This document shows positions 61,201 to 64,000 of a stretch of 64,000 bases of DNA, piece by piece. A program made the position numbers and the translations under genes. The number at the start of each line of letters is the position of its first letter. The stretch's first letter is position 1. The notes under the pieces are model-generated. The model had not been told where the DNA came from, searched no databases, and saw only the letters and a program-made list of their open reading frames with translations. The stretch is from Macrostomum lignano (taxonomy: Eukaryota): contig NIVC01000025.1 of the NCBI GenBank assembly GCA_002269645.1, positions 310,001 through 374,000 on the forward strand, written 5' to 3'.

Positions 61201-63262
61201 CATGCAAAAAAGGCCATTTATTGTCGCAAAGCCTAGAAAACCTGGCGTAAGTTCCTAGACCTTGGCGTATGTTTCAGTATGAAGTGTGGCGTAAATTTTT
61301 TAGGGGACTTTTTATTCCGGCGTATACCATGACATGATCCTGACTATGGGTCTAGCCCAGACAGGGTGGGGCCGTGGCGAGAGATAAGGAGAGACAAGCA
61401 AGAGAGAAAAGCAAAAATGCGAAGGAGGGAGAGAAGAGAAAGAGAAAAAGAGTGTGAAAACCCCCAGCCAGCCACCAGGCAGGGTTAATAAAGGAGCGCA
61501 GGAGGGTTAGCATTATATATATAGAGAGTTTTCATTGGCTGGCAGGGGAAAGCAAGAACTGAAATTATTGATCGCGCGAGACCCTACAGACGTACGTAAA
61601 GATTACAATGTATGCAATAATTAGCAATTGATACAGATTCGTTGGGCGCTACTACAAGTAAACATGAGAATACACAATTGGAAAATATTAAATGAGAAAT
61701 TGTAATGAAATTGTAGTCCAATGGCCTTTTTGTGGGGCTACCTTAAACTGGCAACGTCACAATAAGAATAACTTATAAGCCTAATATGTCATTATAATGT
61801 TTAGCATTTTATTTTTCTAAGGCTTTCTTTTATTATTTAAAAAAACCTAATTTACATTTATAATATTATCAATAATGTCAATAGGCCCTAGCCAAAACCT
61901 TTGTAATAGGTCCTAGTGCTTATAAAAGTTAGGCCTAGCTTTAGGTTTAAGCTTTAAAAATGCATGCATAAAGGGATTGCTAACTTGCTAAAGAATATGT
62001 GCTAGGGATAACTTCTGTCCTTACAAATGATTCCTTAGCTGTCACTAAGTTGTTACAAGGTTTGACTTCTGTCTCTATAAATTGTTCTAATGTTGGTAGC
62101 TGCCACCAAGACTATTCTATTAATAAATTATAAGTTTATTAATCTTAGAATAAGTTTAAGAATGTTTCTTAGAATATGTCTAAGTATATTATTCAGTCCT
62201 TTCAAGTATTTCTTTTCTATTATTCTGGTAGTGTTTACAATGTTCCTAGTAGTGTTCTAATGATTTGGCCTAAATGGTACATTGGCTTTACTGGTATATG
62301 CATTGCATGTATTTTCCAAGTCGTGGGCATTACTGAGATCAAAGGGTCACAGCCTCTGGTTATTTTGTATATATAGATCTAGATCTACTTCGTAACTCTC
62401 TTACTACTCAATACTTTCCTTTTTAGTAGTATATATAGTACACATTTCTGTCTACTTCACTCTTACTTCAGCAAATGAAAAACTCAGAAAACACTTCAAT
62501 ATTTACTTGAAACACTTCTTAACTATGTTACTGTTTAAGCTGCGAGAGTGAGTTGTGAAATGAGACCAAATTGGTTGCTTCTCTCTCAGCAAAATTGGCT
62601 TCTATTTATACCAATTTTTAGGTCTAGTTTTATCAAAAAAAATCATTAAAATATTTTGGAAAACATAAATAATAAAACAAAATGTCATTCTTAGTTTTAG
62701 CGCAAGTTTGAAATGCATACTAGCAATTGAATTTTTTACATAAGACAAGAGGGGCTTTCCTCATGAAGTACTTCTCCTTCTCAGGTTCTCTAAGATGTTC
62801 CTAGAAAAAAGAACCCGCTGCTCCTGAAGAAGCTAGATAGCACCGCAGTACTACCTATTGATTTGCCTGAAATGAACCTAAAACGTTGCCATTACTTGGT
62901 AGGGTTGCTGCCACCTTGGTGTGCGGACTCGACGCATTGGCAGAGTTGTCTATCTGTCACCTGAAAGAAAATTAACAAAGTCGCTCGGAGCAAGACAAAT
63001 CTGAAAAATGTCTCGACAGTCGATCGTCTTAGTAAATGCTGCTCGAACCTGAAAACCTGTAAAACCTGAAATGAGAGAGGAGAGCTCGGAGGCAGTGGCA
63101 GCTCCAATCTAGGAAGCTCCCGAACGCGGCTCATGATCTGGAGAAAAACGGCTCTCAGATACTCCATATTTATAGCCAAGCAGACCCCCAAAAGTCACGT
63201 GAGTTTCATGCGGTGAGCGCGTGAAACTTCCTTATTTGGGCATTGGAATCATGCGGGCGATG

Positions 63263-63611
63263 TGTGATCCAAGGCCAACTTCCAAATAAGGCAACCCTGT
63301 CATGCAGCAGTGGCGTGACTCAAGGTCAGTGGCCACGCACAGAGTGCGTGCACAGTCAAGTGCTTAGGCTGTGCTAAAAATAGAATCGTGGGCGGATGAG
63401 TCATCCTGTTTACTCCCTCTAGGCAGCCCTTACACTCCGCGCAGGTGATGAGTCATCCTGCTACGCCTCCTCAGCGCGAGTGGGAAGACATTGAGTGTGG
63501 CTGCCCACGCCTGCTCAGGCGATGAGTCATCAGGCAGTAAACACATAGGCCCAGCACAGAGTATCTCTCTCACTAGCTCAGGTGGACTGAGCTACTGTGC
63601 AGCGGATCACA
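63263..63611. mobile_element. 349-bp solo-LTR-like unit with four AP-1 sites
   Basis: Termini TGTGATCC...GGATCACA (8-bp inverted repeat). TGA(C/G)TCA at 63316, 63397, 63449 and 63523. No clean TSD. Confidence 0.55.
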
Positions 63612-64000
63612 GCGCCCTTAGGGAAAGCTAGTAAATGCTGCTGAATAGCCAGTTAGCAGCCAGTCACTACACTCTCCCCGTCCAAATTAAATTGCAGCAG
63701 CGGAACAATGATTCAATTTTATTTGAAAACAAAAATCGGCTCTAATAAGGCCACTGCATAATAAGTATTTATTAGCTACAAAAGAAAAGTAAAATTTATT
63801 GCGCGCCAGTCAAAAAGATGGAAAACAAGGCCACACGAATTGCATACGGTATTGCGGATTAACCAGTGATAGTTTTTAGAGATTAGATTGATTAGCTGAG
63901 AGATGTATTAAATTTCGAGATTATTTTGAAATGGAGATGAATTCCTGATTATTGCATGTCAGCCTAATTGTAAAGATGTAAATGTTGTCATGTAATTTTA

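Noticed and set aside
62899-62916. CACCAAGGTGGCAGC (minus strand) as a CTCF site
   Set aside because: Single imperfect match, better explained as a variant of the GGTGGCAGC motif of the LTR-like elements.

Overview
Eukaryotic genomic DNA with spliceosomal GT-AG introns, GC-rich exons, AT-rich flanks and roughly 20 distinct tandem-repeat arrays (4-45 bp units). This style resembles repeat-rich invertebrate assemblies such as the flatworm Macrostomum, which is inference only. Host genes: DUS1L (partial, minus), PSMA7 (2 exons, minus), ZFAND4/ANUBL1 (plus), an unknown 95-aa hydrophobic ORF, a tandem cluster of Arf-like GTPases (two intact copies with Arg in place of the catalytic Gln, plus one decayed copy), two fibrinogen-related (FReD) genes (one with a single in-frame TGA, one truncated) and a 5-exon claudin/PMP22-superfamily gene. 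Mobile DNA: decayed mariner, Harbinger-type MITE, Gypsy integrase+PPT+LTR and RT-RNaseH remnants, a hAT element with an intact transposase frame but no left end, a LINE split by a 1.85-kb TG..CA element with 4-bp TSD, an inverted relative of that element, Penelope-like remnants with a decayed hammerhead, and an AP-1-rich LTR-like unit. No CRISPR or rRNA, and no intact tRNA gene was recognised. All calls were made by eye, without database searches.
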